Below, piece by piece: positions 8,889 to 18,993 of a stretch of 64,000 nt of DNA (position 1 is the first letter of the stretch; each line of letters begins with the position of its first letter). This stretch comes from an uncultured Verrucomicrobiae bacterium. GTDB lineage: Bacteria; Verrucomicrobiota; Verrucomicrobiia; Limisphaerales; Palsa-1400. Below the pieces are notes generated by a model. The model saw only the letters and a list, made by a program, of their open reading frames with translations, was not told the DNA's origin and ran no database searches. A program made the position numbers and the translations under genes. The stretch is taken from NCBI GenBank assembly GCA_963764165.1, contig CAVXRD010000003.1:96001-160000 (forward strand), written 5' to 3'.

Positions 8889-10352
8889 ATGAACAAACAA
8901 GTGACCCTTTCCCAACTCAATCGCCGGACCTTCATCAAATACGGCGCATTGGCGGCAGGCGCATTGGCCGTGGCCGGGCCTTATCCTGTCCGGGCGCGGA
9001 ATCTCAACAGCAGATTGAACATTGGCCAGGTGGGCTGCGGCGGAAAGGGCGGAGGCGACTGCCAGATTATTATTGACGCCGGCGAAAATGTCATGGCGCT
9101 GTGCGACGTTCACAGGCCAGATGCCGAGGCGATAAAGAATAAAAACAACCTCGAGGCAAAAATCTACGCGGATTACCGGGAAATGCTCGAGAAGGAAAAG
9201 GATATCGACGCGATCGACATCGGCACCCCCGATCACATGCACGCGGTGATTGCGGCGGCGGCGATCAAGAAGAAGAAACACGTCTACTGCCAGAAGCCGC
9301 TCACCCACGACGTCTTCGAAGCCCGCACTTTGCGCGCTTTGGCGAAAAAGCACAACGTCGCCACGCAGATGGGCAATCAGGGCAGCGCGTCGGATTCGCT
9401 GCGGCGCGCCGTGGAAGTGATGCATGCTGGAATCATTGGAGCCGTCAAGCACGCGTACGTTTGGACGAATCGCCCGATTTGGCCGCAAGGAAAGGATCGT
9501 CCCGCTGGCTTCGATGCAATTCCGGAAGGGTTCGATTGGAATCTCTGGCTTGGAACCGCGCCGGAGCGCCCCTTCAAGAAAGAATGGCCGGGCGCGGACG
9601 ACGGAGGCGGGGCTGGCTCTGGCCGCCGCCGCCGAAGCGGCGCTGTCTACCAGCCTTTCGTGTGGCGTGGCTGGGTCGATTTCGGCACCGGCGCGCTAGG
9701 CGATATGGCTTGCCACACCGTGAACTGGCCGTTCCGCGCGCTGAAGCTCGGCTATCCCACCGAAATCGAAGCGTCGTCCTCCGGCATGAACACGGAAATG
9801 TATCCCAACAAATCCCTCATCCGATTTGAATTTCCGGCCCGCGAAGGAATGCCGCCGGTGACGCTGCATTGGTCCGACGGCGGGGCGAAACCACCTCCCG
9901 AAATCACAGCCGACGTTGAAGCGCTGCTGGGCAAGGTTTCCAACAGCGGCTGCCTGATGATTGGCGAGCATGGCATCATATTCTCGCCCGATGACGGCGA
10001 CCAGGAATTGAAGACATACCTGAAATTGAAGGGCGAAACAGAGCTGGTTGGCCTGGGCAATCATCCCGGCGCGCTCAAGATCGGCCAATCCATTCCGCGC
10101 AATGCCCAAAGCGGCACCCCCGACCAGCGCCAGCACAAGGAATGGCTCCAAGCCTGCAAAGACGGCAAGCACGAAGTGCCTTACTCGAATTTCGACATCG
10201 CCGCCTACTTGACAGAAATTATTCTGCTCGGCTGCGTCGCCTTGCGCGCCGGCAAGAAACTTGAATGGGACGGCCCCCGCATGAAGGCGAAAAACGCCCC
10301 GGAAGCCGCCCAATTTGTGAAGCGCAAATATCGCAAGGGCTGGTCCATTTAA
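8889..10352 (+). CDS. Tat-exported Gfo/Idh/MocA oxidoreductase
   Basis: NRRTFIK Tat motif, GCGGKG, TPDHMH, VYCQKPL, GDMACH. Confidence 0.9.
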   Translation: MNKQVTLSQLNRRTFIKYGALAAGALAVAGPYPVRARNLNSRLNIGQVGCGGKGGGDCQIIIDAGENVMALCDVHRPDAEAIKNKNNLEAKIYADYREMLEKEKDIDAIDIGTPDHMHAVIAAAAIKKKKHVYCQKPLTHDVFEARTLRALAKKHNVATQMGNQGSASDSLRRAVEVMHAGIIGAVKHAYVWTNRPIWPQGKDRPAGFDAIPEGFDWNLWLGTAPERPFKKEWPGADDGGGAGSGRRRRSGAVYQPFVWRGWVDFGTGALGDMACHTVNWPFRALKLGYPTEIEASSSGMNTEMYPNKSLIRFEFPAREGMPPVTLHWSDGGAKPPPEITADVEALLGKVSNSGCLMIGEHGIIFSPDDGDQELKTYLKLKGETELVGLGNHPGALKIGQSIPRNAQSGTPDQRQHKEWLQACKDGKHEVPYSNFDIAAYLTEIILLGCVALRAGKKLEWDGPRMKAKNAPEAAQFVKRKYRKGWSI

Positions 10353-10373
10353 CGCCACAATCTCCGATTGAAT

Positions 10374-11846
10374 ATGAAAAAAGAAGTCACCCTGTCGCGG
10401 TCGAGCCGCCGGACATTTATCAAATACGGCGCGATGGCCGCCAGCGCGGCCGCCGTGGCGGGGCCGTATCCAGTTCGCGGCCAGAATCTCAACAGCAAAA
10501 TCAATCTGGCGCAAATCGGCTGCGGCGGCAAAGGCACTTCGGATTTCATCGCCAATTTTGGCGCGGGGGCGCATATCGCGGCTTTGTGCGACGTCGTTCC
10601 CCCGAACACCGTCAAGATGAAGGAATTCCTCAAGGCGAAACTCAACATCGAGGCGGCAGTTTACAAGGATTTTCGCGAGTTGTTTGAGAAGGAAAAAAGC
10701 ATCGATGCGGTCGACATCGCCACGCCGGATCACATGCACGCGGTCATTGCCGCGGCGGCGATCAAACTCGGCAAACACGTTTATTGCCAGAAGCCGCTCA
10801 CGCACGACGTCTTTGAGGCCCGCACGCTCCGCGACTTGGCGAAAAAGCACAATGTTGCGACCCAAATGGGAAACCAGGGCAGCGCTTCCGATTTGCTGCG
10901 CCGCTCGGTCGAGGTGATGCACGCCGGGCTCATCGGCCCAGTCAAACACGCTTACGTCTGGACGAACCGCCCCGTTTGGCCGCAAGGACTGGATCGCCCC
11001 GAGGGGGCTGACGCCGTTCCTGAATGGCTGGATTGGAATTTGTGGCTCGGGACCGCGCCGGAGCGGCCATTTAAAATGCAATGGCCGGGCATCGTGCCGG
11101 GCGGCCCCTATCTGGTTGGCAAGCCCGACCAGATGCCGGTTTATCAGCCGTTCGTTTGGCGTGGCTGGCAGGATTTCGGCACCGGCGCCCTTGGCGACAT
11201 GGCGTGCCACACCGTGAACTGGCCTTTCCGCGCCCTCAAGCTCGGCTATCCGACTGAAATTGAAGCCACTTCTGGAGCGATGAAGGGCGGAATGTATCCG
11301 ACCAAATCGGAAATCCGTTTTGAATTCCCGGCGCGGGAAGGAATGCCGCCGGTGACGTTGCATTGGTCGGATGGCGGCAATAGGCCCGCCCCTGAAATCA
11401 CCGCGGACGTGGAGAAATTCTTCGAGCGCGTCTCTCCAAGCGGCTGCCTGATGGTGGGTGAAAACGGCATCATTTTCTCCCCCGAGGACGGTGATCAGGA
11501 TTTGAAAACGTACGTGAAACTGAAGGATGACAAGGAACTGAGCCGCATCGAGATTCATCCCGTGGCCAAGGCCATCCCGCAAACGATCCCGCGCAATGCG
11601 CAAACCGGTTCGCCCGACGACCGCCAGCATCGAGAATGGCTGCAGGCGTGCGTCGACGGGAAACATGAAGTGCCTTATTCCAATTTCGACATCGCTGCGT
11701 ATTTGACAGAAATTATCCTACTCGGCTGCGTTGCCTTGCAGGCCGGCAAAAAGCTGGAATGGGACGGTCCGGGCATGGCCGCCAAGAACGCCCCGGAAGT
11801 CGCGAAACTTGTCAAGCGCGAGTACCGCAAGCCCTACGCTATTTAA
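10374..11846 (+). CDS. Tat-exported Gfo/Idh/MocA oxidoreductase, tandem paralog
   Basis: SRRTFIK and the same motifs; long stretches identical to the upstream paralog. Confidence 0.9.
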   Translation: MKKEVTLSRSSRRTFIKYGAMAASAAAVAGPYPVRGQNLNSKINLAQIGCGGKGTSDFIANFGAGAHIAALCDVVPPNTVKMKEFLKAKLNIEAAVYKDFRELFEKEKSIDAVDIATPDHMHAVIAAAAIKLGKHVYCQKPLTHDVFEARTLRDLAKKHNVATQMGNQGSASDLLRRSVEVMHAGLIGPVKHAYVWTNRPVWPQGLDRPEGADAVPEWLDWNLWLGTAPERPFKMQWPGIVPGGPYLVGKPDQMPVYQPFVWRGWQDFGTGALGDMACHTVNWPFRALKLGYPTEIEATSGAMKGGMYPTKSEIRFEFPAREGMPPVTLHWSDGGNRPAPEITADVEKFFERVSPSGCLMVGENGIIFSPEDGDQDLKTYVKLKDDKELSRIEIHPVAKAIPQTIPRNAQTGSPDDRQHREWLQACVDGKHEVPYSNFDIAAYLTEIILLGCVALQAGKKLEWDGPGMAAKNAPEVAKLVKREYRKPYAI

Positions 11847-13833
11847 GTCGGTTGAGGATATCCAACTGCTGCCGCGCCTCCGCATAGCCGGGGCGCTCCT
11901 CCAGGGCAATTTGGAATTGCGCTTTCGCCTCGGCGTTTCGTCCGAGCCGCGTGAGACAGCAGCCCAGGTTGAAATGAGTTTCTGGATTATCAGGCTTTAA
12001 CTCCAGTGCGTTCCAATATTCTTCCACCGCCTCTTTGAGCCGGCCTTTTTGGGCGAGCGCGTTGGCCAGATTATTGTGCGGCATCGGCTCGTTTCTGTTG
12101 ATCGCGATGCACGTTTGATACTCCCGAATCGCGCCATCAAAATCGCCCTTCATCGCCAGAGCGTTCCCCAAATCGCTGTGGGCGCTGCTGTAATCCGGCT
12201 TGTCGGAAATCGCCTCTCGAAACTGCGCGATGGCGTCGTCCAATTTGCCCATCATGGCCAGGGAAACGCCGTAGCTGTTGTGGGCGTCGGCATAATGCGG
12301 GCGCTCCTGCAGCGCCACTTGGAATTCGTGGATCGCGGCGGCGTTGTTGCCGAGATGCGCGAGGGCGATGCCCAAATTGTTGTGCGCCTCGGTTAAACGC
12401 GGATTAATGCTGAGCGCCTTGATGTATTGATTCGTGGCGGCGGCGTAATCGCCTTGCCCGGCCAGCGCAAAGCCGAGGTTGTTGAGGCCCTCGTAATAAC
12501 CGGGATTGATGGCCAAAGCCTTTTGGAAGCAAGCTATCGCGCCCTTCTTGTCTCCCCTGTCGGACAAATACGTGCCGAGATTATTGCAGGCGAGATAATT
12601 GTCCGCCGTCACCGCCATCGCGTGCTTGAAAAGCGTTTCGCTATTGCGCCAGTTCCTGGTCTGACGCGGTGTAAGCACGAGACATGCTGCCAGAGCCGCC
12701 ACCGCGGCCATCCACTTCAACGCGCGCGGAATCACGGCGATTTCCGCCGCCGCCCAAACCAGAGCGATGGAGAGGCCCACGCTTGGCACATACGTATACC
12801 GATCCGCCATTGATTGAATTCCCACTTGAACGATTCCGATCGTCGGGAAAAGCATCACGACGAACCAGCCCCAGCCCACCGCCAGATAGGGACGCGTCCG
12901 CCGCTGTTGGAACACGAGTGTCGTCACGAGCGTCAACAAAAGAATCGCCCCCGCCACCTGCCAGAGCGGCCAATAACCCGGATGCGGATACAGCGGCGAC
13001 AAATGCGAAGGCCAAAAGAATTTCGCCACGTAGCGAATATGCGAAATCAAAGCATTCTCCACGCGCGCGGCGATGGGCACTCCCGCAATCGGCGCGACCG
13101 CGCCACCGCGCCGCTGCACAATGAAGGTCACCACGCACGAAGCCGCCGCCAGCGCAAAAAACGGAATCTTTTCGATCAGCAATTTTCCAACCGCTTCTGT
13201 CCGTTTGAGCGGCCAATAATCCACCAACAGAAGAATTATCGGCAGAGTTACCAACATCGGTTTGGACATTAAGCCGAGCGCGTAGCAAAGGATTGCAACG
13301 GCATACCAGAGCTTCTTCTTGGCGGCGGCAACGTCGCCGGACTTCACCCAAGCCACATAAGCCCAAACTGTCAAAATCCAGAAGAATGTGCTCAGGACAT
13401 CCTTGCGCTCGGAAATCCAGACGACCGATTCCACTCGGAGTGGATGCAAGGAAAACAGCGCTGCGACCAAGGCGCAGCGCCAGATCGCGCCCGTCATGCT
13501 GTAAAGAAGAAGGAAGAGCAGCACGCCGTTTGCCGTATGAATCAGAACACTGGTCAGGTGATGGCCGGCGGGCGCCCGCCCGAACATCGAAACATCCGCC
13601 AGGTGCGAGATCCAGGTGAGGGGATGCCAGTTGCTCGCCGCGTCCGTCCCGAAGGCCCACTTGATGGTCCCCGCGTTCAACCCTTTCTGCACCTCGTCGT
13701 TCCAGACATAAGCAGGGTCGTCGTAATTTACAAAATCGCATCGGCGCGCACCCCAAAACACGAATAGCGTGGTTGCCGCAAGCGCCGCGCAAACGAGAAG
13801 AACCAGGCCTTTCTCTCTGGCGTTCGGCGTCAC
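11839..13833 (-). CDS. multi-TM glycosyltransferase-like (TMTC/GT-C-like) protein with C-terminal TPRs
   Basis: FVNYDD loop, WHPLTW, HPLRVESVVWISERKD, ADRYTY, multiple HNNLG-type TPRs. Confidence 0.8.
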   Translation of the reverse strand: MTPNAREKGLVLLVCAALAATTLFVFWGARRCDFVNYDDPAYVWNDEVQKGLNAGTIKWAFGTDAASNWHPLTWISHLADVSMFGRAPAGHHLTSVLIHTANGVLLFLLLYSMTGAIWRCALVAALFSLHPLRVESVVWISERKDVLSTFFWILTVWAYVAWVKSGDVAAAKKKLWYAVAILCYALGLMSKPMLVTLPIILLLVDYWPLKRTEAVGKLLIEKIPFFALAAASCVVTFIVQRRGGAVAPIAGVPIAARVENALISHIRYVAKFFWPSHLSPLYPHPGYWPLWQVAGAILLLTLVTTLVFQQRRTRPYLAVGWGWFVVMLFPTIGIVQVGIQSMADRYTYVPSVGLSIALVWAAAEIAVIPRALKWMAAVAALAACLVLTPRQTRNWRNSETLFKHAMAVTADNYLACNNLGTYLSDRGDKKGAIACFQKALAINPGYYEGLNNLGFALAGQGDYAAATNQYIKALSINPRLTEAHNNLGIALAHLGNNAAAIHEFQVALQERPHYADAHNSYGVSLAMMGKLDDAIAQFREAISDKPDYSSAHSDLGNALAMKGDFDGAIREYQTCIAINRNEPMPHNNLANALAQKGRLKEAVEEYWNALELKPDNPETHFNLGCCLTRLGRNAEAKAQFQIALEERPGYAEARQQLDILNRLK

Positions 13834-14582
13834 TTGGCTGGCGGGAAAAGCGGCGAGGATTTGACACCCATCCGCGCCATCCGAAAGGTCAGCGCCGTCC
13901 CGAGGCAGCCGAAACCATACTTGACGCTCCGCCGGAAATTAATGGAAGAAGCCTCGGCGAAATACTTGGTCGGGCAGCTCACTTCCGCAACCGTGTAGCC
14001 GAACCACAAAATTTGCGCGAGCATCTGGTTGTCGAATACGAAATCGTTCGAGTTGGCGCTCAGTGGCAGGCGCTCGAGAATTTCGCGCGAAAACGCCCGA
14101 TAGCCTGTGTGATATTCCGATAACTTCGCGCCCAGCATCCAATTTTCAAGCGCGGTGAGAATTCGGTTGGCCACATATTTCCAGCCGGGCATTCCGCCCT
14201 TGAGCGCATGCCCGCCGAGGATTCTGCTGCCGAGAACGCACGGATACAATCCGCACGCAATCATCGAAACCATGGCGGGGATGAGCTGTGGCGTGTATTG
14301 CGAGTCCGGATGCACCATGATGATGATGTCTGCGCCTTCCTGAATCGCGAGGCGGTAGCAGCTCTTCTGGTTGCCGCCGTAACCGAGATTTTTCTCATGC
14401 GTGTGCACCAGGACATTCGGAAGCGTCTTGGCAATGGCCGTCGTGTCGTCGCGGCTGGCGTCATCGACGACAATGACGCGATCCACCACGCCTTGTTCGA
14501 GCACCTCGTCATAGGTGCGAATGAGAGTCTTGGCCGCGTTGTAGGCAGGCATGACGACGACGACTTTTTTGCCTCGATACAT
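13830..14582 (-). CDS. GT2 glycosyltransferase (polyprenol-phosphate sugar synthase-like)
   Basis: VVMPAYNAA, VVDDASRDDT, NLGYGGNQK, GSR, HTGYRAF. Confidence 0.9.
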   Translation of the reverse strand: MYRGKKVVVVMPAYNAAKTLIRTYDEVLEQGVVDRVIVVDDASRDDTTAIAKTLPNVLVHTHEKNLGYGGNQKSCYRLAIQEGADIIIMVHPDSQYTPQLIPAMVSMIACGLYPCVLGSRILGGHALKGGMPGWKYVANRILTALENWMLGAKLSEYHTGYRAFSREILERLPLSANSNDFVFDNQMLAQILWFGYTVAEVSCPTKYFAEASSINFRRSVKYGFGCLGTALTFRMARMGVKSSPLFPPAK

Positions 14583-14775
14583 ATTCTGGTTGGTGCTGTT
14601 TGACAGTTGAGGATAACCGGAGAATGTCAAATTTGGCAAGGCTTCCGAGCTATCCCCTTCTTCCCATTCCTCGCATGGAGATGGGACCAATGGGAAGCAA
14701 AGGAGCAATGGAAACTCCGCATCTTTGGTAATCGGAGTTTGCGGGCAGCCACACGCTCTGATTCAATACGGTTCT

Positions 14776-15538
14776 ATGCCGAGCGCCAAATTGTCCAATA
14801 TCATCCAGCACTGCCAAAAAACCTTAAAACCCGAATCGTTCACCGATTGGGACGGCGCGGTCAACGGATTGCAGGTGGAGAATTCAGGAAAAGTGGATCG
14901 GATAGGAGCCTGTGTTGATGCCACCAACGCCACGATTAAAATGGCGGTGGAGGCGGGAACCAATCTCATGATTGTCCATCATGGCTTGTTCTGGTCGCCA
15001 AGCGTGCCGTGGGTAGGCAAACGCCGCGAAATGCTCGAGCTGCTCATCAAGAATGACATTGCCGTTTACAGTTCGCACTTGCCCCTCGACGCGCATCCGC
15101 GCCTGGGCAACAACGCGCAATTGGCCGCCGCGCTGGGCTTCAAGAAATTGGCTCCGTTCTTCCACGAGAAAGGCCAGTTCATCGGCTGGCAGGCGCAGGC
15201 AAAAATTTCGCGCGCCGAATTATCCCGCGCGCTGGCAAAAATCCTCGGGAGAACACCGATCCTCCTTCCCGGCGGCGGCGAGACCTGCGCCAAGATTGGC
15301 ATCGTGACCGGCGGAGCTGGAGGCAGCATGAAAACCGCGGCCAAAGAGGGCGTCGACACATTCATCACCGGCGAAGGCCAGCATTGGACATACGGGCTGG
15401 CAGAAGAACTGGGGCTAAATGTTTTTTACGGAGGCCATTACGCCACCGAGAACGTTTGGCGTGAAGGCGCTCGCTGTCGAGCTGTCAACAAAATTCCGCG
15501 TCCCGTGGGAATTTCTCGATCATCCGACGGGGCTGTGA
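14776..15538 (+). CDS. Nif3-like dinuclear metal center protein (1-nt frameshift near 15451)
   Basis: NGLQVE, VHHGLFW, SHLPLDAH, GHYATE; shifted frame gives TFGVKAL...FLDHPTGL*. Confidence 0.88.
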
Positions 15539-15548
15539 CGCGCTGCGT

Positions 15549-16160
15549 TTAGAACTTCCAAGGTTTGACAGAAGCGAGTCGATAATACTCCTCTGCTCGT
15601 GCTCGTGGAATTCCATCCTTCACCAGCAGCTCGATTTGATTCGAGGAAAAATTGGGCCAGTCCAACTCATGTATGAACTGGACATCTCCTGCCGCAAAAC
15701 AGACTTCTCGAATCAATGGGCTCCAAGGCGCTCGAAAGTGATCGCCACCCCGCGTTGGGTAAGCATCCAATAGAATCGCAATTCCGCCAAAGTTTGTCGC
15801 AGTTAATCCTTGGATATAAATCCGGCTGCAATTGCTTTCCGCGACGTGGCCGCCGTTGGTCAAGCCAGCCCAAAAATAACGGCCATCGTCACCAACGCTT
15901 GTGACCACCTTAATGGTGAACGGATCTGATTCGCCGTCTCTGTTGACGAGCAGCAGGAGGGCGTCACCGAAGCCGCTGGAGCTATACGGAAACCTGCCTT
16001 GGTGATCTGTGGCATAGTTCTGGAAGGTCGACGCGGCGATTTTGATGCAGTGCTCATGTTGGGGAAATTCGTGCCATATGAATGCGATCCCAACCACGAA
16101 AAATACAATCAGAATCGCCACGGTTTTCATCAGCCGAAACTTGAGCCGCCGGATTTTCAC
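15549..16160 (-). CDS. hypothetical exported/membrane protein (weak pilin/DUF1559-like features)
   Basis: N-terminal TM, C...FQNYATDHQGRFP. Confidence 0.5.
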   Translation of the reverse strand: MKIRRLKFRLMKTVAILIVFFVVGIAFIWHEFPQHEHCIKIAASTFQNYATDHQGRFPYSSSGFGDALLLLVNRDGESDPFTIKVVTSVGDDGRYFWAGLTNGGHVAESNCSRIYIQGLTATNFGGIAILLDAYPTRGGDHFRAPWSPLIREVCFAAGDVQFIHELDWPNFSSNQIELLVKDGIPRARAEEYYRLASVKPWKF

Positions 16161-16215
16161 CTCACCAAGATGTTGCGCTTTTTGCCAGCCATCTCAAGCA
16201 GGATCGCCAGGCACG

Positions 16216-17676
16216 TTACGCTCGTTTGATTTCCTGAAAAGCCTCAAGCGCCACTTCTCGCGCGATGCCGTGGGCTATGATTGGCTTCGGATAATCGCGG
16301 CCCAATTTTATTCCCGCCGCAGCGAGTTCCAAAGCGGGCGCCTCCGATGGCATGTGAATCCAGCGATCCGGCAACTTGGCGAGTTCAGGACACCAGCGGC
16401 GAACGTAATCGCCGCGCGGATCAAATTTTTCGCCCTGGCTCACCGGGTTGAAAATTCGGAAATACGGCGCAGCGTCGGCCCCGCACCCAGCCGTCCATTG
16501 CCAGCCCAAAGTATTTTGCGCGAGATCGGCGTCGACCAGCGTGTCCCAAAACCATTGCGCGCCTTCGGTCCAATTTGCGAGCAGGTCCTTCACCAAAAAG
16601 GACGCGGCAATCATGCGGACGCGATTGTGCATCCAGCCCGTCGCCCACAATTCGCGCATTCCCGCATCGACAATCGGGTAGCCGGTTTTACCGCGCTGCC
16701 ACGCGGCGAGCGCCTTGGAATCCTTCCTCCACCGGAACTTTGCAAAATTGGGGCGCAACGGCTCCGTCGGCGTTCTTGGAAAATGAAAAAGCAAATGATG
16801 CGAAAATTCGCGCCAGCCCATTTCCGTGATGAATTGGAATTGACGCCAGTCCACCATTTTCGCACCGCGCGTGGAGGCAATTGCATTGACAGCATGCCAA
16901 ATTTGACGCGGCGAGATTTCGCCGAAATGCAAATGCGGCGAGAGCCGTGAGGTGCCGGTCAAATCCGGCCGGTTTCGCTCGGCGGAATACTGCTCGAAGG
17001 CTGTCGCTAGAAACCTTTTCAAACTCTCTTGCGCGCCGGTCTCGCCCGGCTGCCACGCCTTGCCGAAACCCGCAGCCCAATTGATTTTCGGAAGCAATTC
17101 AAGTTCGTCGATGGAGAGCGAGCGTGGCCATCTCGCCGGAGCTGACAATTTCGCCGGAGTGGGCAGGGGATCTTCCGGGGCAGTTTTGCCGAGGCAATGT
17201 TTCCAAAACGGCGTGAAAACTTGAAACGGCTTTTTGCTTTGATTCGCAATTGTCCAAGGCTCATGCAGCAACGCGCCATTGAAGCTTTCCGCCGTTAATC
17301 CGGCGGCGCGGAGCGATTCCTTGATCGTCTTGTCGCGCGCAATCACGCCCGGCTCGTAGCGGCGATTCCAGAAGACCGCGCTCGCCCCCGTTTCCAGAAC
17401 CAGCTCGCGGAGGGCGGGCAGGGTGGGGCCGCATCGAATCACAAGCCGGCTGCCCGCCTTTGCTAGTCTTGACTGAAGTTCCGCGACCGAGTGGTGCAGC
17501 CACCACCGCGAAGCGCCGCCGGGCTCCCATGGTTTTTCTTCGTCCGGCGCCCAAATGAAAACCGGAATAACCGACCCTCCGCTTTGGGCAGCGGCGTCCA
17601 GCGCTGGATTATCGGCGAGCCGGAGATCCGCGCGAAACCACACGAGGGATATTTGGGAGGACGATGCGCTGTTCAT
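16216..17676 (-). CDS. phrB: deoxyribodipyrimidine photolyase (class I)
   Basis: WFRADLRLADNPAL, TSRLSPHLHFGEISPR, GWMHNRVRM, YFRIFNP. Confidence 0.93.
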   Translation of the reverse strand: MNSASSSQISLVWFRADLRLADNPALDAAAQSGGSVIPVFIWAPDEEKPWEPGGASRWWLHHSVAELQSRLAKAGSRLVIRCGPTLPALRELVLETGASAVFWNRRYEPGVIARDKTIKESLRAAGLTAESFNGALLHEPWTIANQSKKPFQVFTPFWKHCLGKTAPEDPLPTPAKLSAPARWPRSLSIDELELLPKINWAAGFGKAWQPGETGAQESLKRFLATAFEQYSAERNRPDLTGTSRLSPHLHFGEISPRQIWHAVNAIASTRGAKMVDWRQFQFITEMGWREFSHHLLFHFPRTPTEPLRPNFAKFRWRKDSKALAAWQRGKTGYPIVDAGMRELWATGWMHNRVRMIAASFLVKDLLANWTEGAQWFWDTLVDADLAQNTLGWQWTAGCGADAAPYFRIFNPVSQGEKFDPRGDYVRRWCPELAKLPDRWIHMPSEAPALELAAAGIKLGRDYPKPIIAHGIAREVALEAFQEIKRA

Positions 17677-17722
17677 GTTTATCGCGTCTTAAACGCAATT
17701 CCATTATGACCGGGGGGACTCT

Positions 17723-18003
17723 AACGCAAAGGCGCGGAGACGCAAGGGCGCAAGGATTTTGGTGCAGGGCAGAAGCATCTGAATTCCAAGGAAGGGACGC
17801 CTCGGCCAGGCGTCCCTGCCCATCAACGAGCGTGCGTCTGCCTTGGATTTTGGTGATTGTTTGGGCGTGAAAACCAAACTTCGTTGCCTTAGTTTCTTTG
17901 GTGCAAAAAATTATGCATCCTCGGCCTCCAGCGAGGCCGTTGATCTCCATGGCTGCCTAAGGCAGCAAGGGATTGGAACAGAAGGGAACGAGGGCAACGA
18001 AGC
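17723..18003. repeat. intergenic repeat cluster: CGCAAAG-type periodic repeat (17723-17755), solo REP hairpin (17790-17820), inverted AACGAAG-type periodic pair (about 17879-17908 and 17977-18003)
   Basis: aacgcaaaggcgcggagacgcaagggcgcaagg; gggacgcctcggccaggcgtccc; cttcgttgccttagtttctttgg / aacagaagggaacgagggcaacgaag. Confidence 0.7.
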
Positions 18004-18012
18004 TAAAACGAA

Positions 18013-18252
18013 ATGACAATCATTTACGATAAAAACGAAAAACCAAAAAGATTCTTAGCGCCGAACATTGGCAAAGCGGGGCGTTTAATGCGTGGCGCGA
18101 CGGCGCTTATATTATTAGTTGGCGCGGGATTCGCGTTTGCGAAATTGCTGTGGCTCGGCCTGTTGCTGGCGGCAGCGGGCGTGTTCGTTTTGTTTGAAGC
18201 GCTCCGAGGCTGGTGCGTGATGCGTGCTTGCGGCGTCAAAACGAAATACTGA
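18013..18252 (+). CDS. small membrane protein, DUF2892/YgaP-like
   Basis: NIGKAGRLMR, two TMs, GWCVMRACG. Confidence 0.7.
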   Translation: MTIIYDKNEKPKRFLAPNIGKAGRLMRGATALILLVGAGFAFAKLLWLGLLLAAAGVFVLFEALRGWCVMRACGVKTKY

Positions 18253-18270
18253 CTGCCGCGCCTGCGTCAA

Positions 18271-18894
18271 TTATTTCAACAGCCCCATAACCACGGCTTG
18301 CGCTTCTTGCTTGGCGGTGAGAACGCTCTTGAGATGTTCCTGGGCATCTTCAAGCTTGGCCTGTTTATCCTTCCGCGCCGCGCGATATTTTTCCAGCGCA
18401 GCTTTGATATCCGCAGTCGAGGCGTTTTTTTCGAGGGCATCCTGCAGCGCCTGCTTTTCGGGGCTTGGCGGCGGCCCGAAACCATTTCGATTTCTCCGGC
18501 CACCCTGATCATTCGAGCGCGGGGCGCGATCATCGCGGGAACCGCCGGCAGAATCGGCCTGCCGGGCAAAGCCTGGCGGTCCGCCGGGACCGAACATCAT
18601 CAACCCGCCGCGATCCTCGCCGTCACGGCGCGCGTCCATCACCTTTTGGACCAGCGGCTGAATGACGGCCCACTCGTCGTCGTTGGTGACTTCGAGGCTG
18701 CGCTTGCAGCCTTCCATCATGCGCTTCTGAAACTCGGCGGGGTCCCAATTTCCGCCCGGTCCTCCGGGACCGACGACGATGGCTTGCCCGGGAGGAGGCC
18801 CGCCAGGGCCGCCATCATCTTGAGCCATCAGATTTCCGGCCGAGGTCGAAAATGCCAGAGCGAATAACACGCAGATCACGCTTCGAATTTTCAT
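18271..18894 (-). CDS. hypothetical periplasmic helical protein
   Basis: signal peptide, Gly/Pro-rich segments, DDEWAVIQPLVQKV, LKSVLTAKQEAQ. Confidence 0.75.
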   Translation of the reverse strand: MKIRSVICVLFALAFSTSAGNLMAQDDGGPGGPPPGQAIVVGPGGPGGNWDPAEFQKRMMEGCKRSLEVTNDDEWAVIQPLVQKVMDARRDGEDRGGLMMFGPGGPPGFARQADSAGGSRDDRAPRSNDQGGRRNRNGFGPPPSPEKQALQDALEKNASTADIKAALEKYRAARKDKQAKLEDAQEHLKSVLTAKQEAQAVVMGLLK

Positions 18895-18993
18895 GCCTCA
18901 ACTATAAAAACTCACCCCCGCCGGCGTCACGCAAAGATTTGTTAAGAATTGTTAAGATTGCCGCGGACGAGCCCTAACGCGCACCGCCGTCTG

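Noticed and set aside
9696..11666. 656-aa minus-strand ORF
   Set aside because: Antisense shadow of the two Gfo/Idh/MocA genes; expected in GC-rich DNA and has no motifs.
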